A stretch of 64,000 nt of DNA from Thermodesulfobacteriota bacterium. GTDB lineage: Bacteria; Desulfobacterota; Desulfarculia; JACQYL01. A model generated the notes under the pieces. It did not search any database, was not told where the DNA came from, and worked only from the letters and a program-made list of their open reading frames with translations. Made by a program: the position numbers and the translations under genes. Shown one piece after another: positions 38,625 through 50,362 of the stretch. The first letter of the stretch is position 1. Each line of letters opens with the position of its first letter. The stretch covers positions 4,512,001-4,576,000 of the forward strand of contig CAXXLZ010000002.1 of assembly GCA_963675595.2 (NCBI GenBank), written 5' to 3'.

Positions 38625-39701
38625 ATGAAAAGCGAATATGCGATTGCTCTGATTCCGGGGGACGCCACCGGACCCGAAGTGACGGCCGAAGCCGTCAAGG
38701 TGCTCGAGACCGTCGCCGAGGTCACGGGAGTGAAGTTTCGGTTTCAGCCTTACGACCTGGGAGGGGAGCGGTATAAGAAGACCGGTGATCTGTTGCCGGA
38801 CGGCGTGTTGGACGAATTGAAGGGCTTCGATGCCATCCTGTTGGGAGCCATCGGGCATCCCGACGTGCGTCCCGGTATTCTGGAAAAGGAAATTCTGCTC
38901 AAGCTGCGGTTCGAACTGGACCTGTACATCAATCTACGGCCGGTGAAACTTCTTGAGGGAGTGGACACGCCCGTAAAAGACAAAGGTCCCGAAGACATCG
39001 ATTTTGTGGTGGTTCGCGAAAACTCGGAAGGATTGTACACCGGGGGCGGCGGTTTCCTACGGAAAGGGACTCCGGACGAGGTGGCCGTGCAGGAATCCAT
39101 CAACACCCGAAAGGGAGTGGAGCGATGCCTGCGTTACGCTTTTGAAGCCTGCCGCAAGCGGGACGAGGACAAGAAACTGACCTTATGCGGCAAGACCAAC
39201 GTGCTCACCTACGCCTTCGATCTTTGGAAGCGGACCTTCGACGAGATTTCCGGTGAATATCCGGACATCGCAACCGATTATGCTCACGTAGACGCCATCT
39301 GCATGTGGATGGTGAAGAATCCCGAATGGTTCGACGTCATCGTCACGGACAACATGTTCGGCGATATCATTACGGACCTGGGGGCCATGATCCAGGGCGG
39401 CATGGGAGTCGCTGCGGGGGGGAACATCAATCCCCGGGGCGTGTCCATGTTCGAGCCCATTGGAGGCAGTGCTCCAAAATACGCGGGCAAGAACGTGATC
39501 AACCCCATCGCCTGCATTTGCGCGGCGCAGATGCTGCTCGATCATCTTGAATTGTCCGAGGGCGCCGCCCGAATTTCCGCTGCGGTAAGAAAAGCGGTGA
39601 AGGACGATCTGAAGAGTATGAATGCCGGTTCCATGGGCATGGGAACGCGGGAAGTCGGGGACTTGGTGGCCGGATATGTGAAGACCGGGGACTCGAACTA
39701 G
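38625..39701 (+). CDS. leuB: 3-isopropylmalate dehydrogenase
   Basis: [29 protein letters not shown] and NP motifs; last gene of the leu/ilv operon. Confidence 0.93.
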   Translation: MKSEYAIALIPGDATGPEVTAEAVKVLETVAEVTGVKFRFQPYDLGGERYKKTGDLLPDGVLDELKGFDAILLGAIGHPDVRPGILEKEILLKLRFELDLYINLRPVKLLEGVDTPVKDKGPEDIDFVVVRENSEGLYTGGGGFLRKGTPDEVAVQESINTRKGVERCLRYAFEACRKRDEDKKLTLCGKTNVLTYAFDLWKRTFDEISGEYPDIATDYAHVDAICMWMVKNPEWFDVIVTDNMFGDIITDLGAMIQGGMGVAAGGNINPRGVSMFEPIGGSAPKYAGKNVINPIACICAAQMLLDHLELSEGAARISAAVRKAVKDDLKSMNAGSMGMGTREVGDLVAGYVKTGDSN

Positions 39702-39740
39702 GAAATCGCCTGTTTACGGGCGGCTTCAAATCGAGCAGGA

Positions 39741-39787
39741 AAAGAAAGCGGGGGAGCTTACGGACAAGCTCTCCCGCTTCTTATTTC
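39741..39787. terminator. Bidirectional intrinsic terminator between convergent leuB and rhodanese genes
   Basis: AAGCGGGGGAGCTT...AAGCTCTCCCGCTT stem with an A-rich left flank and a T-rich right flank. Confidence 0.75.
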
Positions 39788-39811
39788 TGCATGGTGCGTA
39801 TGGAGGCGCTG

Positions 39812-40345
39812 TTATTTGACCGCCTCGGCCTCGTTCCCGGCTCCCTTCCATGCGAAGATCCCGCCCGGGTACCGATAGACGTTCTTGTATCCCAGCTTCA
39901 CCGCCCAGGCCGCGCCGTTGTGGCTTCGGGTGCATTTTACGAACCCGCAGTAGATCACAATGGTCTTGTCCTTATCGGGGCCCAACAAGGCTTCGAAGTC
40001 TTCCTGAGTCTTGCCGTCGGTTTCGTTCACGTCCCAGATTTCCATATCGGGAATGGGGAACAGGAACTGCTTGGCGCCGGGTACATGCTCTTTTTTGTAG
40101 CTCGCTTCATAGGGCATGGTATCCACGATGATCATGTCCTTGCCCTCATCGATCCACTTTTTCAACTGATCCGTGGACACGACCTGGTATCCGCCCCGCA
40201 TGATTTCCCCATGCAACTTGAGGGCCGACTTTTCCTTCTCCACTTCCTCCTCGAACTTGCTCCCGAAGAAACCGAAGGACGAACCGGCAAGACCCACGGT
40301 AAACACCAGGGCCAAGGTGAAACAGAACAGCTTCATGCTTCGCAT
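39812..40345 (-). CDS. Exported rhodanese-like domain protein
   Basis: Signal peptide; IVDTMP, HVPGA, IVIYCGFVKCTRS, LGYKNV and GGIFAW. Confidence 0.9.
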   Translation of the reverse strand: MRSMKLFCFTLALVFTVGLAGSSFGFFGSKFEEEVEKEKSALKLHGEIMRGGYQVVSTDQLKKWIDEGKDMIIVDTMPYEASYKKEHVPGAKQFLFPIPDMEIWDVNETDGKTQEDFEALLGPDKDKTIVIYCGFVKCTRSHNGAAWAVKLGYKNVYRYPGGIFAWKGAGNEAEAVK

Positions 40346-40896
40346 CGTTTGTACTCCCCTTTCTGTTGGATTTTTTTTCGAATCCGATCCCAGGGCCGAA
40401 CCGGTTCAAATTTGTGGGCGGCCCGCCACCAATACAAAAACAAGGCGGAGCCCACCATCCCGAAATCCCGAACCACGGCGGACCGGAGGTTACCTACGGC
40501 GTCTCCTTCAGGATCTCCCGGACCAAAGCAGCCGCAGTCCACATCGAGTCCCATGGCGATGGCGTATGCGAGCACAAGGAGAAACATTCCCAGAAGGGCG
40601 GTAATCACGGAAAGCGATCCCCTGATGTGAAACAGCAACCCGATACCGGCCAGAAGCTCAAGGGGTGCGAGGAATAGGGCGGCCGGCTCGATGAGTGGGC
40701 GAGGCAGTACGTTGTAGGCGTGGATCACCCGCGCGAAGCCTTCCAGGTCCTGGACCTTGAGCGATCCCGCAAGGATGAACAACCCGGCCAGAGTCCAATT
40801 GAGCGCCCGATAGGACCAGATGGAATGCACGGCTCGTTGAAAAAGGGTCACGTCCGTTCTCCGACGCCGCCACGGGCGGCGTGCCTCAGGTTTCAT
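40333..40896 (-). CDS. MauE/DoxX family membrane protein
   Basis: LAGLFILAGSLK, E..G and LDVDCGCFG motifs. Confidence 0.88.
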   Translation of the reverse strand: MKPEARRPWRRRRTDVTLFQRAVHSIWSYRALNWTLAGLFILAGSLKVQDLEGFARVIHAYNVLPRPLIEPAALFLAPLELLAGIGLLFHIRGSLSVITALLGMFLLVLAYAIAMGLDVDCGCFGPGDPEGDAVGNLRSAVVRDFGMVGSALFLYWWRAAHKFEPVRPWDRIRKKIQQKGEYKRCEA

Positions 40897-41151
40897 GAGA
40901 ATCCGGCTGGAGAGTTAACACTCCATATATGTGTAAAGCAAATCGAAAAAATGAATGATTCCGGTATATTGACATTATGGATTCTGATTGCCCATTGGGC
41001 GGCCCGGCATGGAACGCGCTGAAATTCATGACCCTGTGGGGGCGAGGCAGGTTGACTCATGAGGAAGGATGAGCCTAAATGCTGCTTTTGAGAGTTCAAC
41101 GCATGGTCTCGGTTTACGTGGAGAGCGGGGCAGTTCAATACGGGAGCGCAT

Positions 41152-43128
41152 ATGATCGTTGTCGGTATCGATACCGGAGGAACCTTCACGGACTTCATCT
41201 TTCGGAAGGGCGATGACTGGGCGGTGTACAAGTGTCTGTCCACTCCGGATAATCCCGCCGAGGCCATTCTTGGGGGACTCGAACGAGTTGCCGGTAAGGC
41301 CGGGCGTACCGTGGTTCACGGCTCCACCGTGGCCACCAACGCCATTCTTGAACGAAAAGGAGTGGTCACGGCGCTGGTGACCACTCGCGGTTTCGAGGAC
41401 ATCATTGAGATCGGACGTCAAAACCGAACACGGCTTTACGATTTGGCATACCGAAAAGAACCGCACATCGTGCCTCAAAGCCTTCGGTTCGGGGTTCCCG
41501 GACGGATCGACAGCGGCGGGCGGATCATAGAGGAATTCGATTCCGAGACCGCTTTGGAAATCGCCCGGCAAGTTCGGGAATCCGGAGCGGAATCCGCGGC
41601 GGTTTGCTTTCTGTTTTCCTTTCTCAATCCCGACCACGAGGCTCGGATGAAAGGCCTGCTCGAGGACATCGGAGTGGCGGTGTCCGCCTCCCACGAGATT
41701 CTATCGGAATTCAGGGAGTATGAACGCACGTCCACCACGGTGATCAATGCGTACGTCTCCCCCAAAATGAAACGATACCTGGGTCATCTCTCCGACCATC
41801 TCGGTCCCGAAGATCGACTTCGCATCATGCAGTCCAACGGAGGGAGCATTTCCGCCGAAACCGCCATGCGTGAGTCGGTCCGCACCATCCTTTCCGGCCC
41901 GGCCGGAGGAGCGGTGGGCGCTTGGGAAACGGCCCGCACCGGGGGATTCGAACGGATCATCAGCTTCGACATGGGAGGCACCTCGACGGATGTGTCCCTC
42001 ATGGACGGGTCGCTCTCTTTGACCCTTGAGTCTTCCGTATCCAATTATCCGGTAAAGGTCCCCATGGTGGACATCCACACCGTGGGAGCCGGCGGCGGTT
42101 CCATCGCCGTGCTGGACCCGGGAGGGGCTTTGCGGGTCGGCCCTGAAAGCGCGGGCGCGGATCCCGGTCCCGTGTGCTACGGCAAAGGCTCGCGGATTAC
42201 GGTTACGGATGCGGACCTGTTCCTGGGAAGGCTCATCCCCGACCATTTTCTCGGGGGCCACATGCGCCTGAAAACCGAAGCCGTAGAGGACCACTTCCGG
42301 GCCATGGCCAAGGTTTCAGGACTTTCGCCTCTGGAACTCGCCGAGGGCATTCTGGCCGTGGTGAACACTTCCATGGAAAAGGCGATTCGGGTGATCTCCG
42401 TGGAACGAGGACATGACGTCCGGGAGTTCGCTTTATTGGCCTTCGGCGGCGCGGGGGGACTACACTCGGCATTCCTGGCACGACTGCTCAATATCCCGAG
42501 AGTCCTCATTCCCGCCCATCCGGGAATTCTTTCCGCCATGGGCATGCTCATGGCGGACGTCATCAAGGATTACTCTCTCACGGTCATGCTTCGTGCCGAC
42601 TCATGGGACCGGGAAGACCTGGAGAACCGTTTCCGTTCCCTCGAAGAGCGCGGTTTTGAGGAGTTGGAGCAGGAGGGAATTCCCGGGGAGCGGACCCTTC
42701 CGGAACGCTTCTTGGACATGCGCTATAAAGGCCAATCCTACGAAATCGTGGTGCCCTATTCGGGCGGAGGTACGGTAGAAGAGTTTCACCGCCTTCATGA
42801 GAAGCGGTACGGATACCGAAAGCCGGCCACTCCGGTGGAACTGGTGAATTTGAGGCTGAGAGTCCGGGGCGTTCCGACTAAGCCTTCTCCGCGCGCTTAT
42901 CCAAAAGGAGACGCCGATCCGCCGGACGGGGCCGTGTTGGGAAGTCGTAAGGTGGTGTTCGACGGTCGGTGGGAATCCACTCGCATTCTGCGACGTGATC
43001 AACTCCTCGCCGGCAACCGAATTCCCGGTCCCGCCGTAGTGGTGGAATACAGCGCCACCACGGTGATTCCGCCCGCATGCGAAGGGCGGGTCGATTCCAA
43101 CGGCAACTTGGTCATCAGTATTGAGTGA
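41152..43128 (+). CDS. Hydantoinase A / 5-oxoprolinase ATP-binding subunit
   Basis: GIDTGGTFTD, HGSTVATNA, SGPAGG, DMGGTSTD and GPESAGADPGP. Confidence 0.94.
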   Translation: MIVVGIDTGGTFTDFIFRKGDDWAVYKCLSTPDNPAEAILGGLERVAGKAGRTVVHGSTVATNAILERKGVVTALVTTRGFEDIIEIGRQNRTRLYDLAYRKEPHIVPQSLRFGVPGRIDSGGRIIEEFDSETALEIARQVRESGAESAAVCFLFSFLNPDHEARMKGLLEDIGVAVSASHEILSEFREYERTSTTVINAYVSPKMKRYLGHLSDHLGPEDRLRIMQSNGGSISAETAMRESVRTILSGPAGGAVGAWETARTGGFERIISFDMGGTSTDVSLMDGSLSLTLESSVSNYPVKVPMVDIHTVGAGGGSIAVLDPGGALRVGPESAGADPGPVCYGKGSRITVTDADLFLGRLIPDHFLGGHMRLKTEAVEDHFRAMAKVSGLSPLELAEGILAVVNTSMEKAIRVISVERGHDVREFALLAFGGAGGLHSAFLARLLNIPRVLIPAHPGILSAMGMLMADVIKDYSLTVMLRADSWDREDLENRFRSLEERGFEELEQEGIPGERTLPERFLDMRYKGQSYEIVVPYSGGGTVEEFHRLHEKRYGYRKPATPVELVNLRLRVRGVPTKPSPRAYPKGDADPPDGAVLGSRKVVFDGRWESTRILRRDQLLAGNRIPGPAVVVEYSATTVIPPACEGRVDSNGNLVISIE

Positions 43129-44735
43129 CAAGGAGAAGTATCGTGTCTCCGAAATCTCCACAGACCGTCGACCCGGTGAATCCCATCCTTCTCGAAGTGT
43201 TCAAGAACCGATTCGCTTCGATTTGTGAGGAGATGGGCGTCACCCTGACGCGTACCGCCTTTTCACCGAACATCAAGGAGCGCAGGGACTCTTCGTGCGC
43301 CGTGTTCGATTCGGAAGGCCGAATGGTGGCCCAGGCGGCTCACATTCCCGTGCATCTGGGTTCCATGCCTCTCTCGGTGCAATCCGCCATTCAAAGCGTG
43401 GATTTCAACGAAGGGGATATGGTGATGCTGAACGATCCGTTCAAAGGGGGAACTCATCTGCCCGACATCACCTTGGTGGCGCCGGTGTTCGCCGGTGAAG
43501 CTTCGGCGGCGTTCTATGTGGCCAACCGGGCCCACCATGCCGACGTGGGCGGAATGACTCCCGGCTCCATGCCTCTCTCCACTTCCCTGTTTCAGGAGGG
43601 CATCATCATTCCTCCGCTCAAGATATTGGAGGAGGGCCGGTTGGATCGCAAATTACTTTCCTTCTTCCTCAACAACGTACGCACTCCGGAGGAGCGGGAG
43701 GGAGACCTGTCGGCGCAGATCATGGCCAATACCACGGGGATTCGAAGACTTGGAGAGCTGATCCGGAAGTCCGGTCTGGAAACCGTCCGCCTTTTTTCAT
43801 CCGCTCTGCTGGATTACGCGGAGATCGTCGTCCGAAAGACCATTGCAGGCATCCCAAGAGGTGAATACGAATTTGAAGACTTCCTTGAGGACGACGGCGT
43901 GGGAGCGGCGAACATTCGAATCCACGTTCGCATGGAAACCCGCGACGATCGGCTCATTCTGGATTTCAGCGAGTCGGCGCCTCAGGTGCGGGGCTGCGTC
44001 AACGCGAACCGTGCGATTACCCTGTCCGCGGTGCTCTATGTGCTGCGTTCATTGGTGGACGCGGATATTCCCGCCAACGCCGGTTGTATGCGCCCCATTG
44101 AGGTGATTACCAAACCCGGCAATATCGTTGACGCGACGTTCCCGGCCGCGGTAGCCGGCGGCAATGTGGAAACCTCTCAACGGCTCGTGGATGTGATCTT
44201 GGGAGCCTTGGCCGGCGCCTTGCCGGGGAGAATCCCCGCCGCCTCCCAGGGAACCATGAACAACGTGACCATCGGCGGTACGGACCCTGCGACGAACAGA
44301 CCTTTCGCCTACTATGAGACCCTGTGCGGAGGCATGGGGGCGTCCTCGAAAAGCGACGGAGAACATGCCGTTCATTCCCATATGACCAACACCATGAATA
44401 CTCCCGTGGAGGCACTGGAATACAGTTATCCTTTTCAGGTTACGGAGTACTCCATCCGTCGAGGCTCCGGCGGAAAGGGACGACGCTCCGGAGGAGACGG
44501 CGTGATCCGGGAGATCCGCATGCTCGCCGAGGCGGAGGTCACGGTGTTGTCCGAACGCAGAACTCTTTCCCCGTATGGTCTCGGAGGGGGAGAGCCGGGG
44601 GGGTGCGGAGTGAACACGGTTGTCCGTGGAGGCGAAAAACGGGAGATGCCCGGGAAGTTCGGTACGCTCCTCGGACCCGGCGATGTGCTCCGCATCGAAA
44701 CGCCCGGTGGGGGAGGCTACGGTAAGCCCGAGTGA
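43125..44735 (+). CDS. Hydantoinase B / oxoprolinase subunit
   Basis: FSPNIKERRD, HIPVHLGS, NDPF.GGTHLPD, HHADVGG, QGTMNN and TPGGGGYG. Confidence 0.94.
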   Translation: MTRRSIVSPKSPQTVDPVNPILLEVFKNRFASICEEMGVTLTRTAFSPNIKERRDSSCAVFDSEGRMVAQAAHIPVHLGSMPLSVQSAIQSVDFNEGDMVMLNDPFKGGTHLPDITLVAPVFAGEASAAFYVANRAHHADVGGMTPGSMPLSTSLFQEGIIIPPLKILEEGRLDRKLLSFFLNNVRTPEEREGDLSAQIMANTTGIRRLGELIRKSGLETVRLFSSALLDYAEIVVRKTIAGIPRGEYEFEDFLEDDGVGAANIRIHVRMETRDDRLILDFSESAPQVRGCVNANRAITLSAVLYVLRSLVDADIPANAGCMRPIEVITKPGNIVDATFPAAVAGGNVETSQRLVDVILGALAGALPGRIPAASQGTMNNVTIGGTDPATNRPFAYYETLCGGMGASSKSDGEHAVHSHMTNTMNTPVEALEYSYPFQVTEYSIRRGSGGKGRRSGGDGVIREIRMLAEAEVTVLSERRTLSPYGLGGGEPGGCGVNTVVRGGEKREMPGKFGTLLGPGDVLRIETPGGGGYGKPE

Positions 44736-44909
44736 TCGAATTTCGTCGTATGGGAAGTTCGAAAACGCACGAGTCAAACGATGCACTATCAGGGCGTATT
44801 CCGACTCCATGGGACGCTTCGTACCAGCCGGAATAACCGATGCTTGGAGGCGGTGCGGTGGTTCCGCCCAACCGCAAACCAAATGCGGCGAACGAAAGGA
44901 GAGTAGTGC

Positions 44910-45389
44910 ATGGAATATACCTTCCATCCCATCGGGGTGATTCGTACGCCCTATGGGGAGACTTCAGGAATCCCCATCCAGGGGGTGTTTGGTCCCGAAT
45001 CCAAGGGCACGGTGGAAGTGTTTGAACCCTTTGCCGAAGGACTGGCGGACATCGAAGGATTTTCACACCTTTATCTGATCTATGTGTTCCACCGCTCTGA
45101 GGGATATCGACTGAAAGTCAAACCTTACATGGACGACCGGGAACGCGGACTTTTCGCGGTGAGGGCGCCCAAACGACCCAACGCCGTCGGATTGAGCGTG
45201 GTTCGCCTCGATCGTCGGGAAGGTCGGATTTTGCACATTTCAGAGGTGGATATGTTGGACGAAACGCCTCTGTTGGACATCAAGCCATTCGTGCCCAGGT
45301 TCGATCATCGGGAAAACGCTCGCGTGGGATGGATGGAAGAAGCGTTCCGGCGGGAGGACCATCGCAAAGTGTCGGACGACCGCTTCTGA
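44910..45389 (+). CDS. trmO: tRNA m6t6A37 methyltransferase TrmO/TsaA-like (N-terminal domain)
   Basis: PIGVIRTPY, GFSHL, GLFAVRAPKRPN.GLS and TPLLDIKP. Confidence 0.85.
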   Translation: MEYTFHPIGVIRTPYGETSGIPIQGVFGPESKGTVEVFEPFAEGLADIEGFSHLYLIYVFHRSEGYRLKVKPYMDDRERGLFAVRAPKRPNAVGLSVVRLDRREGRILHISEVDMLDETPLLDIKPFVPRFDHRENARVGWMEEAFRREDHRKVSDDRF

Positions 45390-45446
45390 AGGCTGTCCGT
45401 CGTACCGGCGTTTTGGGATGGGCCTGATCGGCGGCGAGCTCGGGCG

Positions 45447-45487
45447 AAAAAAAAGCGCCCCCCCGCAAAACGGAGGAGCGCTCTTTC
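45447..45487 (-). terminator. Intrinsic terminator of the cold-shock gene
   Basis: Minus strand reads AGCGCTCCTCCG-TTTTG-CGGGGGGGCGCT followed by a T-run. Confidence 0.75.
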
Positions 45488-45504
45488 AAGCGATGGGCTT
45501 GGGG

Positions 45505-45705
45505 CTAAACCACGGTGACGTTGACCGCGGCGGGACCCTTGGGACCCTGCGTTACTTCGAAGGTAACCCGATCGCCTTCATTTAGGGACCGAAAACCATT
45601 CGCGTTGATCGCCGAATGATGGACAAATACGTCCGGTCCGTCTTCCTGTTCGATGAAACCGAAACCTTTTTGGTCGTTAAACCACTTCACTGTTCCATTG
45701 GCCAT
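45505..45705 (-). CDS. Cold-shock protein (CspA family)
   Basis: [15 protein letters not shown] and DVFVHHSAI; AAAGGAGG RBS. Confidence 0.97.
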   Translation of the reverse strand: MANGTVKWFNDQKGFGFIEQEDGPDVFVHHSAINANGFRSLNEGDRVTFEVTQGPKGPAAVNVTVV

Positions 45706-47177
45706 AGTAACATCCTCCTTTCATGAAGATTCGAGGCCGTACACTGGAGGATGCCACTCTAACATATGGTTTTCTCCTTCAGAACGTACCCTCCCCGCCG
45801 AGCTAATAACGGCGCTTTTTTATTCAGAAAAGAATACACGTTTCGTGAAGAAATAGCAAAGAATATTTTCGGCTTTTTCGTTCGGGGTAACTGAAAATTT
45901 CGGTTTGAAATCATCAGTCATATCGGATGGTTGGGACGTGTCCCAACGCGAGGGGATGTGAAGGAGGGATAATCGCGGCCCGGCGTCCCCTTCGACCCCG
46001 CCCATGGGCACGTGCGTGGACGAAGCGCAAAGGGGATCATGTACCCCGGCGGCGGAAATCCGATGGGTTCATCTTGCACACAGAGAAAAGACATATCCGT
46101 CCGTCGGGGTGGTGGGCCGTGCCGAAGTTCCCATACCGTTTGAGCTTCTCTTTTCGCCCCGGGTTTTCGAGACCCTTGAGCATGGGGACGTTTCGGTCGT
46201 CGAAGCCGGGTGCTAAGGTTTTCACCGTTGATGCCGATTTTTTAGAGACGCCGCGGGCTCCGTCACGTCGGGTCAAACGGAGCCCGCTGCGTCAATGGTC
46301 TCAGCCTCGGCAGGGGAAAGGAATCCGATACACGCAACAGGAGAAAGGCGGGCGAGGAAGGCGGTTCTCCGGTAAAATCGTTGCCTTGGGTGTACATAGT
46401 ACCTAACGAAACGCATGATGCTTTGTCCTTGAAAAGTCGAAAGTAAAAAGCTACAGGAAGGCGACTTGTCCTACCAAGTTCGGAATGTGCCTGCCGGCAT
46501 CTTTCAAATCGGCACCCCGATCATGAGAAACCGATTTCAGGAAACCAACGACACCCTACAAAGGGTACGGACCGATGCGAAATCATTTCAGATTGGAGGC
46601 CCCGCTTCGTCTTGACGTGAGCAGCACCTCCAAAGACTTGTCGGGTAAGGTTCGGCGATTGGGACCGGGGACTCGGGGACACATCGCGGTCTTAACCGCT
46701 TGGTTTAAACGTACTCCACTCACAGGCACTTTTTGTGCGCCTCACTCGGGGTGGCGTGCCTGGAAATTAGGTGGGGGGGTGAGGAGGCGACCTTTCCCGG
46801 AATTTTAATTGCGACAGAGCGGCGGCAAAGCCTGCGAAATCCTTCCTTGACCCTCCGTACGATTGTCGGGTTGAACGTGCCCATAAGGTGAAAATGCTTC
46901 CGAAGAGCCGAATCGTAAACACGGAAGAAATAGCGATCCGGGAGGTCCGGTAGAAGGCTTCCGAACAATCAGGCGGCGAAGCGATTTTTTCGGACTCCAA
47001 ACCTGCGCACGATTCTTGAGCTTCATCCTGTAGAGAAATCCATTTCAATCCGAATTGTATCACGGCCTGTATGGATATGTTGAAAACGCCTTTGTTTCGC
47101 AGCATCCGGCGGGTGGACATATCCGCTGTTCGACTCCGCTTCCATGCTTCCTGCAAGCAAAAAGAATGAGGTTCGGC

Positions 47178-49337
47178 ATGAAGATCAAGAGCATCAAGGC
47201 AAAAATACTGGGAATCAACCTACTTGCGGTCTTTGTGACCGTTCTTGTGCTGATGGGGGTGATGGCCTACCAGAAGGATGGGATTCTACGCGAAGGCATG
47301 TCCACGAGAGCCAAAGTGGATGAGGAACTGGCCGCCATGATACACGCCGAGGTGGAGAAGACGGCCGGTTACGTCTATTTCACGTGCCGCACTCACAACG
47401 ACACGTTGGTTCAGAAAGTGGCCTATGACTTGAACGTTGCCCGGGATGTCCTGACTCGCGCCGGGAGCGTTTCCTTCTCGGAAAAGAACGTCGAATGGGA
47501 TGCGGTCAATCAGTTTACCAAGAAGTCGAGTATCGTTTCTCTACCCCAAATGCTCGTGGGTGACACCTGGTTGGGCAACAATCGAAGCATGGAACAACCC
47601 TCACCGGTGGTGGACGAAGTTCGAGATCTGGTGGGAGGAACCTGCACCATTTTCCAGCGCATGAATGACGCCGGAGACATGCTTCGGGTATGCACCAACG
47701 TCCGAAAGCTGGACGGTACCCGGGCCATCGGAACGTATATTCCGGCGTCCAACCCCGACGGCACTCCCAACGCGGTGGTTTCGACGGTATTGCGTGGAGA
47801 GACCTTCAAAGGGAGGGCCTATGTGGTGAACGCATGGTACCTGACCGCATACGAGCCCATCCGGGACGACCGGGGAACCGTGGTGGGCGTGCTCTACGTG
47901 GGAATTCCACAGGAGAATGTTCAAAGTCTTCGAGGGGGTATCAAAGAGATCGTCGTGGGAAAAACGGGCTATGCGTTCGTCATGGGAGGCAAGGGCCAGA
48001 GCAGGGGGCTCATGCTCATCCACAAAAAGGGCGACAATCTCGAAGGCCGGAATCTCTACGATGTGCCGGACGCTCGAGGCAAGATGTTCATCAGGGAGAT
48101 GATCGACTTGGCCCTCGAGGCCAAACCCGGGGAAGTCAAAATCTATCGCTATCTCTGGAAAAACAAGGGGGAGGCGCAACCGCGATGGAAAGTGGTTGGT
48201 TTGACCTATTTCGAGCCTTGGGACTGGGTCATCGGAGCGGGCGCCTACGAGGACGACTTCGTGGAGATTCAAGACCGGTTGGGGCAATCGCTGAACGCCA
48301 TCGACGCGGCGGTGGAGCACACCATGGGGTTTACCCTGATCAGTGGCGTCGTTCTCATCGGGTTGTTTTCCCTGCTGGCCTTTCTCGTTTCAGGAGCCAT
48401 CACGCGGCCTCTTAACCGGACCATCGAGTCCCTGACCGGGGTATCCGGCCACGTGGCGCGAAGCTCCGGAAAAATCCTGGAATCGAGCAGAAACGTATCC
48501 GAAGCCGCCACGGATCAGGCCTCCTCCATTGAGGAGACTTCGGCCTCGTTGGAAGAAACGTCGTCCATGACCCGTCAGAACGCGGACCATGCTTCCGAGG
48601 CCAACCAGCTTATGCATGCGGCGGAAGAAGAGCTGCGTCGGGCCGACCGGTCCATGGAAGAATTGATGCGGTCCATGAAGGAAATCACCGAAGCCAGTGT
48701 GGAAACCTCGAAAATCGTCCAGACCATCGACGGCATCGCGTTTCAGACCAATCTTCTCGCCTTGAACGCCGCGGTGGAGGCGGCCCGTGCGGGAGAGGCC
48801 GGAGCGGGCTTCGCCGTGGTGGCGGAAGAAGTGAGAAATCTGGCTCTCAGGTCGGCCGGTGCGGCTCGGAACACCGGGGAACTCATCGACACCACGTTGG
48901 ATCGCGTGCGGGCCGGTTCGGATTTGATGGAGAAAGCCGGCAAAGTGTTCCAGGACGTGGCGGAGCGAGTGCGCAAAGTGGGGGCTTTGGTGGAGGAGAT
49001 TTCGGAGGCTTCCGGTGAGCAGGCTCAGAGCATCGCCTACATCAATCAGGCCACCGGTCGCATGGAGCAGATGGTGCAACGGAATGTCGCGGCCGCCAAC
49101 GACACGGCTTCCGAGTCCGAGGACCTGCAAGCCCAGGCGCGAGCAATGAAAGAGCAGATCGTCGACCTGATCCGGCTGGTGAGGGGAAGCGACGGTACGG
49201 CCGAATCGGCGGTAGGTGCGGCTACGAAGCGTGGAGCGAGGCCGCAACTTCCCGGTGCGGGAGGACCTTCCCGTCCCCGCAAAGACGGCGTCGCCCTGCT
49301 GTCTCCGGGCAAGTCGGGGAAGAACCGGGTTGAGTGA
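47178..49337 (+). CDS. Methyl-accepting chemotaxis protein with Cache sensor domains
   Basis: TM - Cache region ([21 protein letters not shown]) - TM; [23 protein letters not shown] hairpin tip. Confidence 0.95.
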   Translation: MKIKSIKAKILGINLLAVFVTVLVLMGVMAYQKDGILREGMSTRAKVDEELAAMIHAEVEKTAGYVYFTCRTHNDTLVQKVAYDLNVARDVLTRAGSVSFSEKNVEWDAVNQFTKKSSIVSLPQMLVGDTWLGNNRSMEQPSPVVDEVRDLVGGTCTIFQRMNDAGDMLRVCTNVRKLDGTRAIGTYIPASNPDGTPNAVVSTVLRGETFKGRAYVVNAWYLTAYEPIRDDRGTVVGVLYVGIPQENVQSLRGGIKEIVVGKTGYAFVMGGKGQSRGLMLIHKKGDNLEGRNLYDVPDARGKMFIREMIDLALEAKPGEVKIYRYLWKNKGEAQPRWKVVGLTYFEPWDWVIGAGAYEDDFVEIQDRLGQSLNAIDAAVEHTMGFTLISGVVLIGLFSLLAFLVSGAITRPLNRTIESLTGVSGHVARSSGKILESSRNVSEAATDQASSIEETSASLEETSSMTRQNADHASEANQLMHAAEEELRRADRSMEELMRSMKEITEASVETSKIVQTIDGIAFQTNLLALNAAVEAARAGEAGAGFAVVAEEVRNLALRSAGAARNTGELIDTTLDRVRAGSDLMEKAGKVFQDVAERVRKVGALVEEISEASGEQAQSIAYINQATGRMEQMVQRNVAAANDTASESEDLQAQARAMKEQIVDLIRLVRGSDGTAESAVGAATKRGARPQLPGAGGPSRPRKDGVALLSPGKSGKNRVE

Positions 49338-49507
49338 TTTTTAGGGAATTCGTTGAACCTCTCCAGGCTGTTCAAAAACGTGAGGCGCGGGCTCCGAATT
49401 ATCCTTTCAGTTGCAAGCCATGACAATTCGATCGATTAGGAATCCGGGCGATGACCCGGGACCCGGATTCCGATAGGGGCAGGCCGGAGTGCTGCGCTGG
49501 AGGGGGC

Positions 49508-50362
49508 TTAGTTCGTCTCTCTCTTAAGCCGTTCCGCCTGCTCAAACCGAATCCCATCCTGAAACACGGAACCGAAAGGACGTGCGCGAAGCGCTTCCGC
49601 GCGTTCGTCCACGTCCTTTCTTATCCTCTCCAATTCGCGTTTCATCCGGGTGCGGACCAGTTTCCTGGCGCCGGAGGCGCCCAATCGGCGGAGTTCCTCC
49701 GCGGGAATCCGATCCAAGAAAGTCACGGTTGCGGCCACGGGACGGATCAACCGACTTCCGCGAGGCCAGGCCGAGTTGGTGCCGTCGATCACCACGGGAA
49801 TGATATCCAATTCGAGGTCCTCGGCCAGATGGAAGAAAAAGTTCCGGAACCGGCCCAGAGTCCGGTCCGAGGATCGGGTACCTTCCACAAAGGCCGGCAG
49901 GGACAAGCCTCTCCGCACCGCTTGCCCGGCCCGCTCCTTCATGGACAGCAGGTCCTGCAAACCCGTGATCACGAGGTCGTCGCGGCACCGGAGCAAAGGC
50001 AGCATGAGCCTTGTACGGCTCCGGGTCTGCTTCACGAACCAACGCCACGGCAATGGAAACGAAAGCAGCAGGATGACGTCCAGGAAAGACTGGTGGTTGC
50101 ATACGTAAAGCGCGGGTTTCTTCCTTTGTATCTTCGAAAACCCCCGGACTCGGATATCCGCGGAGGGGCAGACGAGCCATAATCCTCTGCACAGGAGCTG
50201 AAAGAGGCATTGGAAAAGATCGCCTCTCCGGCGGGCGAGTCGTTCCACGGCCAGAAGAAGAGGGGAGAAGGCCCACAGGACCGTCATGGAGGACAGGAAC
50301 CCGCACCAGAACCATAGTGTGTACACCAGATTTCGAGCTCTATCAGTTCGTGTCTCTTTCAC
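49508..50362 (-). CDS. Lysophospholipid (PlsC-type) acyltransferase, ApeD-like
   Basis: NHQSFLD (HX4D), FVK and EGTRS motifs; N-terminal TM; GTG start near 50362. Confidence 0.88.
   Translation of the reverse strand: MKETRTDRARNLVYTLWFWCGFLSSMTVLWAFSPLLLAVERLARRRGDLFQCLFQLLCRGLWLVCPSADIRVRGFSKIQRKKPALYVCNHQSFLDVILLLSFPLPWRWFVKQTRSRTRLMLPLLRCRDDLVITGLQDLLSMKERAGQAVRRGLSLPAFVEGTRSSDRTLGRFRNFFFHLAEDLELDIIPVVIDGTNSAWPRGSRLIRPVAATVTFLDRIPAEELRRLGASGARKLVRTRMKRELERIRKDVDERAEALRARPFGSVFQDGIRFEQAERLKRETN

Noticed and set aside
41009-41092. Short frame MERAEIHDPVGGEAG(TGA)LMRKDEPKCCF considered as a possible selenopeptide or leader
   Set aside because: No RBS, no recognisable SECIS-like hairpin and no redox motif.
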